Assembly (NCBI GenBank): GCA_963827655.1
Contig: CAWHCF010000020.1
Location: 256,001 to 320,000 of the forward strand
Direction of reading: 5' to 3'
DNA length: 64,000 bases
Source: an uncultured Acidobacteriota bacterium
Lineage (GTDB): Bacteria > Acidobacteriota > UBA6911
The translations under genes and the position numbers were made by a program. Shown piece by piece: positions 1-10,310 of this stretch. The number at the start of each line of letters is the position of its first letter. The stretch's first letter is position 1. The notes beneath the pieces were generated by a model. It worked only from the letters and a program-made list of their open reading frames with translations. It was not told the origin of the DNA and made no database searches.

Positions 1-398
1 TTTGCTGGCGCGGCCGGACAGGCGACAATGTAACCGCGCTCCTCTGCAATAGTCTGGATTCGGTCCGCATTTCCTTTCCATTCGAAATAGCTATGCTCGT
101 CACCGCCCCCGGGGTGGCACGCGATGACGAGAGGAAACTTCGGCACACTGCCGCCCTCTTTCTCCGGCGCCGGGACATAGCGGCTGGGAAAGAAAATTCG
201 GTAAGGATGAAGCCGTCCATCGAGCTCTACGACACAGAACTCGGTCGCGAGCTTCTGATCGCCTGCCGCGCGCTCTTGAGCCGGAGACGCGGCGGCGAGA
301 AAAAGGAAAGCGATTAATACGGCGTGCAGGGTGCTTCCTTGCTTCTTTGGCAAGATTCTTGGTGTCTTGGTGTCCTGGTGGTATTTGTTGCGCACGAG

Positions 399-1284
399 TT
401 ACTTCTGCATCTCCTCGCGCAGGATTCGCCATCTGCGCTCTTGCGTATTCGGTGCCGTACTGAAGAGGGATGATCGTGGTCAGTTTCTGGGCCAGGAGCG
501 CCCGCCGCTTCTCGTCAGTGCCGGCCCAGGCGCGCAGCTGCCGCGAAGCCTGGTCGACATCGTCGCGCGTATTCTGAAGCCGTATCAGGCTGCGCAGCAT
601 ATCTGCCAGTTCGGGCGGGTCGGACCCACCGGTCGTGTTTCCCATGGTTTTGTCCTGCGCCATGCCCGCCGCCGGCCTTGCCCGGGCGCGCTCGGCCTGG
701 ATCTCTTCGGCAGTCGGCACCCGGCCGCCGACGTGCTGGGCTACGGCCGCCATGACCTTGGGCGCATCGACCATTCCTGGCTGGACGATGGCGAAGTTGG
801 CCGATACTTTCTTGTCCTTGGCGACAATCGCAGTGACGGCGACTTCCTTGTTCAAGCCGTAGGAGCCCGGACCCTCGAGGCCATCGAGCGATACGCCGAC
901 CAGTGATTCCAGACGCAGGGATCCAATGACGGCGCGCATGCGGCGTTCGGCCTCGATCTTGTCCGCGGCCAGGTAGACGATCAATGTCTTCAACCCGGCC
1001 GAGGCCCGGTCCTGGGCAAATCGCTCGCAGGGATGCAGGAAAGCGCCTACATTTCGATCGAGCTGGTGCAGGAAAATCAGAAAGACCGGCGCATCCCCGA
1101 AACGAGAGATGTAATCCACCTCCTTCCCGGCATCGGCCCCGTTTACGGCCAGAACCTTGAACGGTTCGATCGATTCGCCCGGCTGCACTCCCGAAAAAGG
1201 TTTTTCCTGGGCTAGAGCCAAAGGACACGCTACTAACCACACGAGAAAGGCTCGCTTCAGCAATTCGACTCTCATCGTCCTCAC
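399..1284 (-). CDS. Secreted protein: redoxin/thioredoxin-like module lacking CxxC, plus helical C-terminal module (frameshift near 425)
   Basis: Signal peptide then QEKPFSGVQPGE..FKVLAVNG, paralogous to modules in 1281-4008 and 6525-8210. Removing one base near 425 gives ...AQMAILREEMQK* (TAA at 401-399), matching the paralogue end AQTQIAALQAELDKY*. Confidence 0.75.
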
Positions 1285-4008
1285 CGGTCAAAAACGAATG
1301 CGCGGCTGTTCAGCAGAGCCCAGACCAGATCTTCTACCACGGCGTCGGACTCGCTCGATTGACGAATCCGCGCGAGCCAGAAGTCTCTCTCCTGCCCGGA
1401 AGGCGGGCGGCTCAAAGCCGCGAGGTAAAACTCCTCGACTATGGCCTCAGCTGGGGCCTTCTTCTCCCGCAGTGAATGCAGGCGTCCTCCCGGCGCGCCG
1501 ATCTTCGCATTCAAGGCCGGGCCATTGATCAAATGCAAAGCTTCCCGAACCCCGCCGGCAGCCGGGTTCGGGCCGTCGCAGCTGCCGTCGCGCTGGCATC
1601 GGCCGCAAACATCAAGCAGGTACGACTCGACACCGGGATCGGCGACCTGGCTCGCGCGCGTTCCGGGCGGCAGATTTCCGAAGGTTTCCGGGATGCCGGT
1701 TACATGCGCAATTGCGTCCGCGTAACCATAGGGATCAAGCGGGCGCGCCAGCGCGCGCGAATAGAAGCGGTCGTCCAGGCGATTGATCCCGTTGGGCTCG
1801 GCGCTCCGCTGGTAAGCCTGTGAGGTAACGATGACCTTGATGAGCGCCTTGATGGAATAGGGGCGGGAAGGATTCCCTGCCAATCTCCCTTTGAAGAATT
1901 CGGCCAGCGCGTCGAGAAGCTCGGGGTTCGACGGGGCATTGCTTACCGTAAGGTTATCGACCGGCTCGATAATACCGCGCCCCATGAGGCGGGCCCACAC
2001 CCGGTTGGCGGTCGAGCGCGCGAAATACTGGTTGTCAGGTGAAATCAGCCAATCGGCGAGGGCGATGCGGCGGTCAGGTTCGGTTTGCGGGGCCGCCGTG
2101 TTGTCGGGAAACCCGGGCGCCACGGGTTTGCCCGTCTTGGGATGTTCGATCTCGCCGTGGTCGGCGAGGTGGGTTCCCTTCTCGGTCCGGTCAACCCGGA
2201 CGAAGAATGAAACCATCTGGTGGTATTGAGTCTGGGTCCAGCTGTCGAACGGATGGTTGTGGCACTGAGCGCAGCGCGAGCTGCTTCCCATCAGGGCTTC
2301 GGTGGTCAATTCCGAGAGCAGCTTCGGGTCGTTCGTCTGCCGCAGATAATTTACCGGCGCATCCTGGGTGCCGTCGCCGACGGCGGTTAGAATCTGCTGC
2401 GCCGTTTCGCCAAAAGAAGCATCGGCGCGCAGCCGTTCCTTCAGCCAGGCGGCGAAAACCTGCAAGTTCGGTTCGCCGACGTTTCTTGACTTCACTCGCA
2501 TCAGATCGAGAAGCCACAGGCTCCAGTAGTCTCCGAACTCCGGCCGGTCGAGCAGGGCATCGACCAGACGCGCGCGCTTGTCGGGCGCGCTGTCCCCGAG
2601 AAAGGCGCGGGTTTCTTCGACCTTCGGCAGGGTTCCCAGGATGTCGAGATACGCCCGGCGAATGAATTCCGAATCAGTGCAGCGGGCGGAGGGAAGAATG
2701 CGCAAGCGGAGCAGGTTGTCATTGATCGGTTTGTCGATAAACGACGAAGAGGCTGGAAGGGCGCGGGCAATTTCAGCCGCGTCGCCCGCGAACGGCATCC
2801 CGACGCGCGCCGTGCGAAAGATTCCCATGTAGCGCGCGGCAATGCCGGTCTCTCCTGCGGAATGAATTGTGAACTCGCCGCTAGCCGGTAACGGTTGCGA
2901 TGGCATCGTCGTTGGAGCTGTAGAGCGCGTAGGCGGTGACATCGTCCTTGGAACCGTCGGAAAACGATGCCACCACCTTCAGCTGCCGCTTGCTCCCGGG
3001 AGATTCCGCAAGGGCGACGGCTGGAGTAACGGTCAGCCCGGTGATCCGGCGCGGCTTGGTTGATTCGTAAGGCGCGCCGCCGCGGATCCAGGCGAGGACC
3101 GTGCGGTAGGTCTCGGAGTCTTTGGTGAAGCGTTCCCCCCCGAGGTGGACCTGCTGCATGGTCGGCTTCTTTAACAACAGGCTTTCTTCAGGACGAACGA
3201 AATTGACGCGCCGGCCGCGCAGCTGGTAGATCATCGCTTCGTAGTCCAGCTCGGGATCGTAGCCCAGGAGCGATAGCTTGAATCCGTTCTTTCCTGCTCC
3301 GGCCCCATGGCACGCGCCCGAGAAGCATCCGGCCTTGACCAGCATCGGCTGAACCCGCGTGACGAAGTCGGGCGGAAGAGCGGCGCCCTGGTCCGGGGTC
3401 GAGGAGGGCGCCATGCGCGAGCCCGGTCCACGGTTCAACTCCTCCGCGGTCGGGACGTGTCCGCCCACCAGCTTGGCCACTTCGGCGATAATCCTGGGAG
3501 AATCGGTCAGCCCGGGCTGGACCAGGGTCACGTTGGCCACAACTTTTCGATCTTTGGCCACGATGACAGTCACCGCGGCCTGCTTGTTCAAAGCGTATGC
3601 GCCGGGACCTTCCTCGCCATCGAGCGAAACCGCAGCAGGCACCTCCAGGCTGAGGGATTTGACCACCTGCGCCATGCGCCGTTCGCCGGCGACTTTCTCC
3701 GGCGCCAGATAAACGTAAAGCGTCTTGAGGCCTGCCGACGCGCGCTCGGCTGCGTACCGGTCGCAAGGCCAGAGGATCCGGTAGACGTTCCGGTCGATGT
3801 AGTGCGCAAAGACCAGAAGAAGAGGCGAATCGCCGTAGCGGGAGATGTAATCGACTTCTCGCCCGGAGTCGGGGCCGTTCACGGCCAGGACTTTAAACGG
3901 AAGGAGAGGCTCGCCCGGTTGCGGTCCCGAGAAGAGTGTGTCCTGGGAATACACATGTAGATTCGGGAGAAAGAGCAGCAGGAAGACTGCGGCTGATGCG
4001 CGTTTCAT
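1281..4008 (-). CDS. Redoxin-like + Ig-like (BIG_2-type) + DUF1549/DUF1553 protein (frameshift near 2886)
   Basis: ATG at 4008 overlaps the WD40 stop (ATGA). Motifs AGCFSGACHG, FIRRAYLDILGTLP, RCAQCHNHPFD, ANRVWARLMGRGIIEPVD, EDLVWALLNS. ORFs 2881..4287 and 1281..2942 join at ATVT/ASGEF. Confidence 0.85.
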
Positions 4009-4949
4009 TCCGGAAGTCTCGCGACCCGGTAGCGCCCGGCGGTATCCGCCCAGGCCATCCATCGGGCGTCCTGCGACGTTGCGACTGTATGAAGCCAGGG
4101 AATGCGCGCGGACGGTTCGGCGGCGAAAGACTTTACCAACTCGCCCGTCTCCGCATTCAGCAGCCGTGCGCTCCCATCGGCCACCCCAGCCAGCAAAAGT
4201 TGCCGGGCCGGCACATGCGCCAGCCCCAGCACCGGCTGTCCGAAGCCGCGGAAAATCCGCTTCATTCGTCCGATGTCGTGGAGCCATACTCGGATCGTCC
4301 CGTCCGACGACGCGCTGAAGAGCGTCTGGCCGTCGGGAGCAAATATGACGGCCTGCACCGCGCCGTTGTGATTATTGAGCGAGCGTACCATCTTCCCGGT
4401 TGAAGCCTCCCAGATTCGAATCGAACGATCCGCGCTGCCGCTTGCAATCCAGTTTCCGTCGGGCGACCAGGCCACGCAGAGCACGGGACCCGAGTGCCCT
4501 GTCAGCGTGCCCGGAGTCTGTCCACCGGGAAGATCGACGATTCGGATTATCCCCTCAGCCCCTGCGGCAGCGAGGCGCTTTCCGTCAGGGGCGAATGCCA
4601 CGGCATAAACCAGATCTCGAAACGGATTGTCTGCCTGCACCAGCCGCCGCTCACCGGGATTCCACAGCTCGATCCCGCCGTTTCGGCCGGCGTTTCCGCC
4701 GCCCACGGCCAGCGTCTTCGAGTCAGGGCTCCAGGCGGCATCCATTACCTGGGCGAGTTTTGAAGGAAGCTCGAACGCAATCTCGTTCCGTTCGGGGGAA
4801 ACAATCCGGACGGTTTCTCCTCCGGCCAGGGCAACCCAGCGGTTATCCAGCGAGAAACGAACCGCGGCGACTGGAGAAACGACAGCCCAGCCTGGCGCTG
4901 ACGCGAGCGCGATCGCCAGGCAGAAATACATTTTTCGCGTTAACCTCAT
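4005..4949 (-). CDS. WD40-repeat protein with signal peptide
   Basis: Repeats such as GHSGPVLCVAWSPDGNWIASGSADRSIRIWE; hydrophobic N-terminus. Confidence 0.9.
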   Translation of the reverse strand: MRLTRKMYFCLAIALASAPGWAVVSPVAAVRFSLDNRWVALAGGETVRIVSPERNEIAFELPSKLAQVMDAAWSPDSKTLAVGGGNAGRNGGIELWNPGERRLVQADNPFRDLVYAVAFAPDGKRLAAAGAEGIIRIVDLPGGQTPGTLTGHSGPVLCVAWSPDGNWIASGSADRSIRIWEASTGKMVRSLNNHNGAVQAVIFAPDGQTLFSASSDGTIRVWLHDIGRMKRIFRGFGQPVLGLAHVPARQLLLAGVADGSARLLNAETGELVKSFAAEPSARIPWLHTVATSQDARWMAWADTAGRYRVARLPE

Positions 4950-4994
4950 GGGAGTTTTCTCTGCGTCTTTGCGCCTTGGTGGTGGCGGCTTGGA

Positions 4995-6284
4995 TCAACC
5001 GGCGATGAGCTCCCGCATGAAACGTCCGCCTTCGACCAGCTTGATGGGGCGCCCGTCGGCGGTCTTGAACGTCTGGTCGGGATCGACTCCAAGCAGAGTG
5101 TAGAGAGTCCGGGCGAAGTCTTCGGGTGACACCGGAGATTCCACCGGCAGCTCGCCCATCGGGTCGGTCTTTCCGATCACCTGCCCTCCAAGGACGCCCC
5201 CGCCGGCCAGAAGAAGCGAATTCGCCCCGGGCCAATGGTCGCGCCCGCCTCCCGGATTGATCTTGGGCGTGCGGCCGAACTCACCCATCACGACCACCAG
5301 AGTCGTCTCGAGCAGCCCGCGCTGTTCCAGGTCCTCCAGAAGGGAACTGAGAGCGCGGTCCAGTCCGGGCAGCTTGCCCGGAAAGCCATAGGTCAGGTTG
5401 TAGGCGATCTGCTGGTGGGTATCCCATCCGGGATCCATGACGGTGACGAACTTTGCGCCGGCTTCGATCAGCCGGCGGGCGAGCAGGCAGCTATTGCCGA
5501 TCTTAGGCCCGTACTGCTCTCGGGTTGCGGCGGATTCCTTCGCCAGGTCGAAAGCCTCTTTGGCTTTGGGCGAAGTGACCAGCCTGTAGGCTTGCTCGAA
5601 AAAGCTGTCGCGATCTCTGGCTTGCGGGTTGTCTTCCAGTCCCCTCTGAAATGAATCGAGGGTCTGGACCATGGCCTGGCGCGTGCGCATGCGCTCTTCC
5701 GTCAATCCGATCGGAAAGTCGAGATCGCGCACCTTCACACCGCCGCGCGCAGGGTCTCCTCCCGCAATGAAAGGGCTGAAAGCTCCCGGAAGATAGCCGG
5801 CGCCCATGTAAGGCCGGGTCTGTGGAACGCCGATGTATGGCGGCAGGGCGCCGCTCTCACCTTGGGTCCGGCTGACCACGGATCCAAAACTTGGGTACTG
5901 CAGTGAGGGCGTCGGCTTGTACCCCGTATTCAAATAGGTACCGGCCTGGTCGTGCTCGCCGATGACCGAAGTCAAGGTGCGGACGAGCGCGATTTTCTTC
6001 ATATGCTTCGCGATCGACGGCAGGTGCTCGCAGACGTGAACTCCCGGAATGGTTGTTGGAATTGACTTGAATGTGCCCCGAACCTCTGACGGCGCGTCCG
6101 GTTTGAGATCGAAGGTGTCGAGATGACTGGGACCGCCATCGAGCCAGATGAAGATGCAGGACTGGGCTTTTGCTTGCGCCGCCTTCAGCCGCTGCCACTC
6201 GGGAAGCGTGATCCCAAGAAAGGCGAGCGATCCCAGCTTCAGAGCATGGCGGCGGGTGACACCGTCACAGCGCGTCTCTGGCAT
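4995..6284 (-). CDS. DUF1501 family protein (Tat-like signal)
   Basis: CDGVTRRHALKLG, IFIWLDGGPSHLDTFDLKP, GWDTH, GEFGRTPKIN..GGRDHW. Confidence 0.92.
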   Translation of the reverse strand: MPETRCDGVTRRHALKLGSLAFLGITLPEWQRLKAAQAKAQSCIFIWLDGGPSHLDTFDLKPDAPSEVRGTFKSIPTTIPGVHVCEHLPSIAKHMKKIALVRTLTSVIGEHDQAGTYLNTGYKPTPSLQYPSFGSVVSRTQGESGALPPYIGVPQTRPYMGAGYLPGAFSPFIAGGDPARGGVKVRDLDFPIGLTEERMRTRQAMVQTLDSFQRGLEDNPQARDRDSFFEQAYRLVTSPKAKEAFDLAKESAATREQYGPKIGNSCLLARRLIEAGAKFVTVMDPGWDTHQQIAYNLTYGFPGKLPGLDRALSSLLEDLEQRGLLETTLVVVMGEFGRTPKINPGGGRDHWPGANSLLLAGGGVLGGQVIGKTDPMGELPVESPVSPEDFARTLYTLLGVDPDQTFKTADGRPIKLVEGGRFMRELIAG

Positions 6285-6301
6285 GAGTGAATCTTCTCCT
6301 T

Positions 6302-6315
6302 TGGAACATGTTCTA
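6302..6315. promoter_or_regulatory. Palindromic operator site 1 (TGGAACATGTTCTA)
   Basis: Lies 17 nt upstream of the DUF1501 ATG and downstream of a minus-strand TTGACC-N16-TATTAT promoter candidate (6376-6349). Confidence 0.75.
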
Positions 6316-6397
6316 ATCGATTCCACCCCTGAAGACGAACTAGCAATCATAATACCGCACGATCGAATCCGGTCAACCTAATTTACCTTTAGTGTTT

Positions 6398-6498
6398 CTT
6401 AGGCGCTTGGCGAAACGTTCAAACCAACATGTTGTCGTTCGAAGGCCTTCGTTGGGCGAAGTCCCCAACAACCTTAGCGTCTTCGTGTCTTCGTGGTT
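6398..6498 (-). repeat. About 100-bp dispersed repeat, copy A (inverted relative to 36526-36637)
   Basis: AACGTTCAAACCAACATGTTGTCGTTCGAAGGCCTTCGTTGGGCGAAGTCCC aligns closely with the reverse complement of 36526-36637. Confidence 0.8.
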
Positions 6499-6524
6499 AG
6501 GGTTTGTGAAACAAATACCATCTG

Positions 6525-8210
6525 TCAATACTTGTCGAGTTCCGCCTGCAGGGCTGCGATCTGCGTCTGGGCATACTCGGTTCCGTACTTCAAGGGCAGG
6601 ATCATTCCCAGCCGCAGGGCCAGGTCGGAGCACCGCGACGGATCCGTGCCCGCCCAGCTTCGGAGCGCGGCCAGGACCCGGTCGACTTCCGCGTTGGTGC
6701 GGGAGTTGTCGCTCTTCAGGCTCCAGAGCAGGCGCATGAGCTCAGGCGGATCACCGCGGATCATGCTGCTCATGCCGGTTCCTGACGGGTCGGATTTGCT
6801 GCGCATCATGAACTCGATCCGTCGAGCGATCCCGAGTTCCTCGCGCGTCTGGACGCGCCCGCCGACGTGCGCGGCCAACTCGGTCAAGATTGGAACCGAG
6901 TCGACGATCGAGGGCTGAGTCAGGACGAAGTTCGAAACCACCCTCCGGTTCCGGGCAAACAAGATCGTCAGTGCCGCTTCCCTGTTCAACCCGTAGGAGC
7001 CTGGTCCTTCGGCGCCTTCGACCGAGACGCCGACCTGCAGGTGCAGCCGCATCTCGGCGAGTGCGGCCCTCATCTTGCGCTCCCCCTCGACCTTGTCCGG
7101 CGCGAGATAGACGTAGAGAGTCTTGAGCCCGCCGGCTGCGCGATCCTGCGCGAAGCGCTCGCAAGGCAGGATGAAAGCCTCCGCGAGCCGGTCGAGATGG
7201 TGAATGAATATCAGGAAGGTCGGGTCGTCTCCAAATTGGGTGATGAAGTCGACTTCCTTGCCTGCTTCGGGTCCGTTGACCGCGAGCACCTTGAAGGGCG
7301 CAAGCGCTTCGGCTGCCTGCGGCCCGGAAAAAATCTGGGCTGCCTCGAGATCCTGCTTGAGCCGCTGCAGCCGTGCCCGCGCAGGGGCGGAGATTCCGCC
7401 TTCGAGAAGGGGCGTGATCCTCGACGCCAGAAGCTTGCCCCGGATGACATCCGAGCCCGCCCACGCCCGGAGGTCCGCAACTTCCCGGTCGACGTCGGCT
7501 TCCCTCGCCTGCGGACGCGCCGCGCGCCGGAGCGTCTCCGAAAGCGCCCCCGCATAACTCGCGCTCCGCCCCCGCCTGGGCGGACCGTACAGGAAATCAG
7601 CCTCTTCACTCAGCGGAACCAGACGGGCGCCGTTTCCGTTGGAGGGGCCGCGAAGGAACTCCTCCGCAGCCGGGACCCGGCCGCCTACGAGTTTAGCCGT
7701 CTCCGAGATGATCTGCAGGGCGGCTGGATAGCCCGGTTGAATGATGACGACGTTCGCGACTACGCGGCCCTCCCGGGCAAGGATCGCTGTGACGGGAACC
7801 TCCCGGTTGAGCCCGTACAAACCCGGGCCCTCGGACCCGTCGAGCGAGACCGACATCGGGACCTGGAACCCCATCGATCGATCCCAGTCGCGTATGCGCC
7901 GCTCGCCTGAAACCCGGTCGGCTGCCATGTAAACGAGGAGTGTCTTCAGCCCTGCCTGGACGCGGTCGCCGGCGAAGCGATCGATCGGCCAGAAGGTATT
8001 GATGATAGGGCGGGTCACATCGTGGACGAACAGAAGCAGAATGGGAGCCTTGCCGAATTGTGAGACGAAGTCGGTCTCGCGGCCCGCCTCGGGACCGTTG
8101 ACAGCCAGGACCCGAAACGGCGTGAGCGCCTCGCCAGGCTGCGGTCCGGAGTACGGCTTCTCCTGGGCCGCAACCGCCATCACCGCGAACAATAGCAGAA
8201 ATGCTCGCAT
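6525..8210 (-). CDS. Secreted protein with tandem duplicated [redoxin-like + helical] modules
   Basis: Signal peptide; SGPQPGEALTPFRVLAVNGPEAG and SGPQAAEALAPFKVLAVNGPEAG; two copies of VDR...LR.WAG.D. Confidence 0.85.
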   Translation of the reverse strand: MRAFLLLFAVMAVAAQEKPYSGPQPGEALTPFRVLAVNGPEAGRETDFVSQFGKAPILLLFVHDVTRPIINTFWPIDRFAGDRVQAGLKTLLVYMAADRVSGERRIRDWDRSMGFQVPMSVSLDGSEGPGLYGLNREVPVTAILAREGRVVANVVIIQPGYPAALQIISETAKLVGGRVPAAEEFLRGPSNGNGARLVPLSEEADFLYGPPRRGRSASYAGALSETLRRAARPQAREADVDREVADLRAWAGSDVIRGKLLASRITPLLEGGISAPARARLQRLKQDLEAAQIFSGPQAAEALAPFKVLAVNGPEAGKEVDFITQFGDDPTFLIFIHHLDRLAEAFILPCERFAQDRAAGGLKTLYVYLAPDKVEGERKMRAALAEMRLHLQVGVSVEGAEGPGSYGLNREAALTILFARNRRVVSNFVLTQPSIVDSVPILTELAAHVGGRVQTREELGIARRIEFMMRSKSDPSGTGMSSMIRGDPPELMRLLWSLKSDNSRTNAEVDRVLAALRSWAGTDPSRCSDLALRLGMILPLKYGTEYAQTQIAALQAELDKY

Positions 8211-8276
8211 GATCCCTGGTGTACAAAAGACGCGGATTAACGGTGAGAGCGCGGATCGCGCGTGATTCGATCCGCG

Positions 8277-10041
8277 TCAGCGAAAATCTCCCCCGGCGCC
8301 GCAAAGCAAGCTTGGCGATCTCGCTCGCACTCAGCGCCCGATGGTACAACCTGACCTCCCTGATCCTGCCGGAGAAATAGTCGAACTCGCCGAAGCCGAT
8401 CTTGAGAGGCGCCGTGGTCGATAGATCATAGTCCCCCGCGGTAAAGGGCTGGGATGTCGCCTGGAGCTTGCCATCGATGTAGAGCTCCAGCCGGCCGCCG
8501 CGGCGCAATGCCGCCAGGTGCTTCCAGCCGGCGCCCAGGTCGCGATCGTAGCAGACGCACTGGCCCGCCTGGAACGCAAAGACCTTTCCGCGCGTATTGG
8601 CAGGGGCATCGGCCAGGGCGCTGGTATAGCCGCCGATCCCGGCGAACAGCTTGCCGCCGTGAACCGTGAGGCTGGTCACTCGCCCCCAGCGGATGTTCTT
8701 CAACGGCGCTCCTTCGGCAACCTCCGGGCTTGAAAACCGGCGGAGCCGTGTCCAGCTTTGCTCGCCCTCGAAACGAAACACCTCCGCGCCGGGGATGGTA
8801 CCGGCATAGAGTTTGCCGTTGTAGACCACGAGCGCATTGCTTTCGGTGCTATCCCCAAGCCGGCCGCAGTCGATCCACTGGCCGTTGTCATAGGCCCCTA
8901 CTTTGCCGGTCGGCCAGGTGGTAGCGTGAAGTTTCCCGCGATAGACCATCAGGGCATGGATCTGGTCTTCGCGCTCGGGCATCTGGATCGGGCATCCCAG
9001 GCTCGTCCATTTCGCGCCGTCGAAGGCGTATACCTGTGCCTGCCGGAAGGCTCCGCCCACGTTGCCGCCGAAGGCGCCGACGTGCAGCATCCCGTCGTGC
9101 ACGAGCATCGGATGAACCAGGCTCGGAAACGAACCGCAGGGCCGCCACGACTGTCCACCCTCCCATACGTGGCACTGGTTGTCGTCTCCGAGGACGTACA
9201 GGTTGCCGTTATAGGAAGCCAACCCGAACAGCCTGCGGCACCGGCCAGGCGCGCCGCAGTCTTCCCATTCCTGTCCGCCCCGGTAGCGATAGACATGGCA
9301 CGTATCCAGCGCCTCCTTGCTGACCCGCGTCCAGTCGTAGCTCCAGTTCGCCGCAAACAGACTCGATTCGTGAACGATCATCGGACCCACGCCGCGGGTC
9401 TTCAAGGCACCGACGCGACCGCAGTCTTCCCAGCGCGCGGAACCCGCGTAGCGGTAGACGTGGGACCAGTCACGCTCGGTGGCGCCGTCGGTGGTGGCGG
9501 CGTAGAGGCTGCCATCGAAGACGGTCAGGGAGTTGCTCACGTAGCTGCTCGTGGGACTCGGCCTGCCGCAGTCCTCCCACTCACCGGTCCTGGCGTTGTC
9601 GATGCCGAACGCGACATGCCGGTCGCTACCCTGGCCGTTGTAGCCACCGGAAGTCGAGTAAAGGGAGAGCGTGAAACCGCGCCTCGCCGCGGGATCGAAT
9701 TTCGATACGACATCGCCGAGCGTGTCGAGGACGGGAGCCTCCGTGTAGACCCACGACGAGATCGAGAAGTCGCCTGTCCGCGGATCGAGCACAGGACGGG
9801 CCGGAACTTCGAGGTAGCTGCCCCGTCCGTCGAACTGCCCGGTCTCGAGGTTTACGCCGTGGTTCACTGCGTGGTTTTCCTGGCCGGAGTGATCTCTTGC
9901 GTCTCCGCGGAGGGGCCAGTAACCGACCAGCTTGGATTCACGGGTCTGGGCGCGGGCGGCCACGGGAAGAAGCGCAGCCGCGCGAAAGAGCTGCCGCCGT
10001 GTCAGTGAACGTGGCGCGTGAAAGGGCCGCCCATCGGACAT
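8277..10041 (-). CDS. LamG/concanavalin-like domain protein with inserted beta-propeller-like repeats, Tat signal (3' end approximate)
   Basis: LTRRQLFRAAA; LVGYWPLRGDARD..FDGRGSY; repeated WEDCG; WKHLAALRR...LYIDG...FSGRIREVRLYHRAL. The ORF runs 500 nt into the next gene, so a frameshift near 8295 is inferred. Confidence 0.75.
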
Positions 10042-10310
10042 ACTAGATCTCTCCGCAGATCCGAAGGTCAGACGGCTGGGATCGACCTCGAGCAATTCCG
10101 CGAGCTTCCCCAGCCAGGGGCACAGGCCGGGAGAAGACGGCTTTGATGAAGCCGCGTGAATCGGTGCGGCTACCAAGGGGGTTACTCCGCGGGCGCGCCG
10201 TCCTTCGACTGTGCGTAGCCGATCAGAGAGAGCGTCGCCAGAATGTCGGGTCACGAATCGCTGCTTATCTTATAGGATGTAGCGGTGCCGGATCAATCCC
10301 GACCCTTGTT

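Noticed and set aside
93-317. 74-aa plus-strand ORF
   Set aside because: No recognisable motif or RBS; cannot be supported from sequence alone.
10045-10300. Possible HTH remnant LGKLAELLEVDPSRL upstream of the LamG gene
   Set aside because: Too short, with no supporting start or context.
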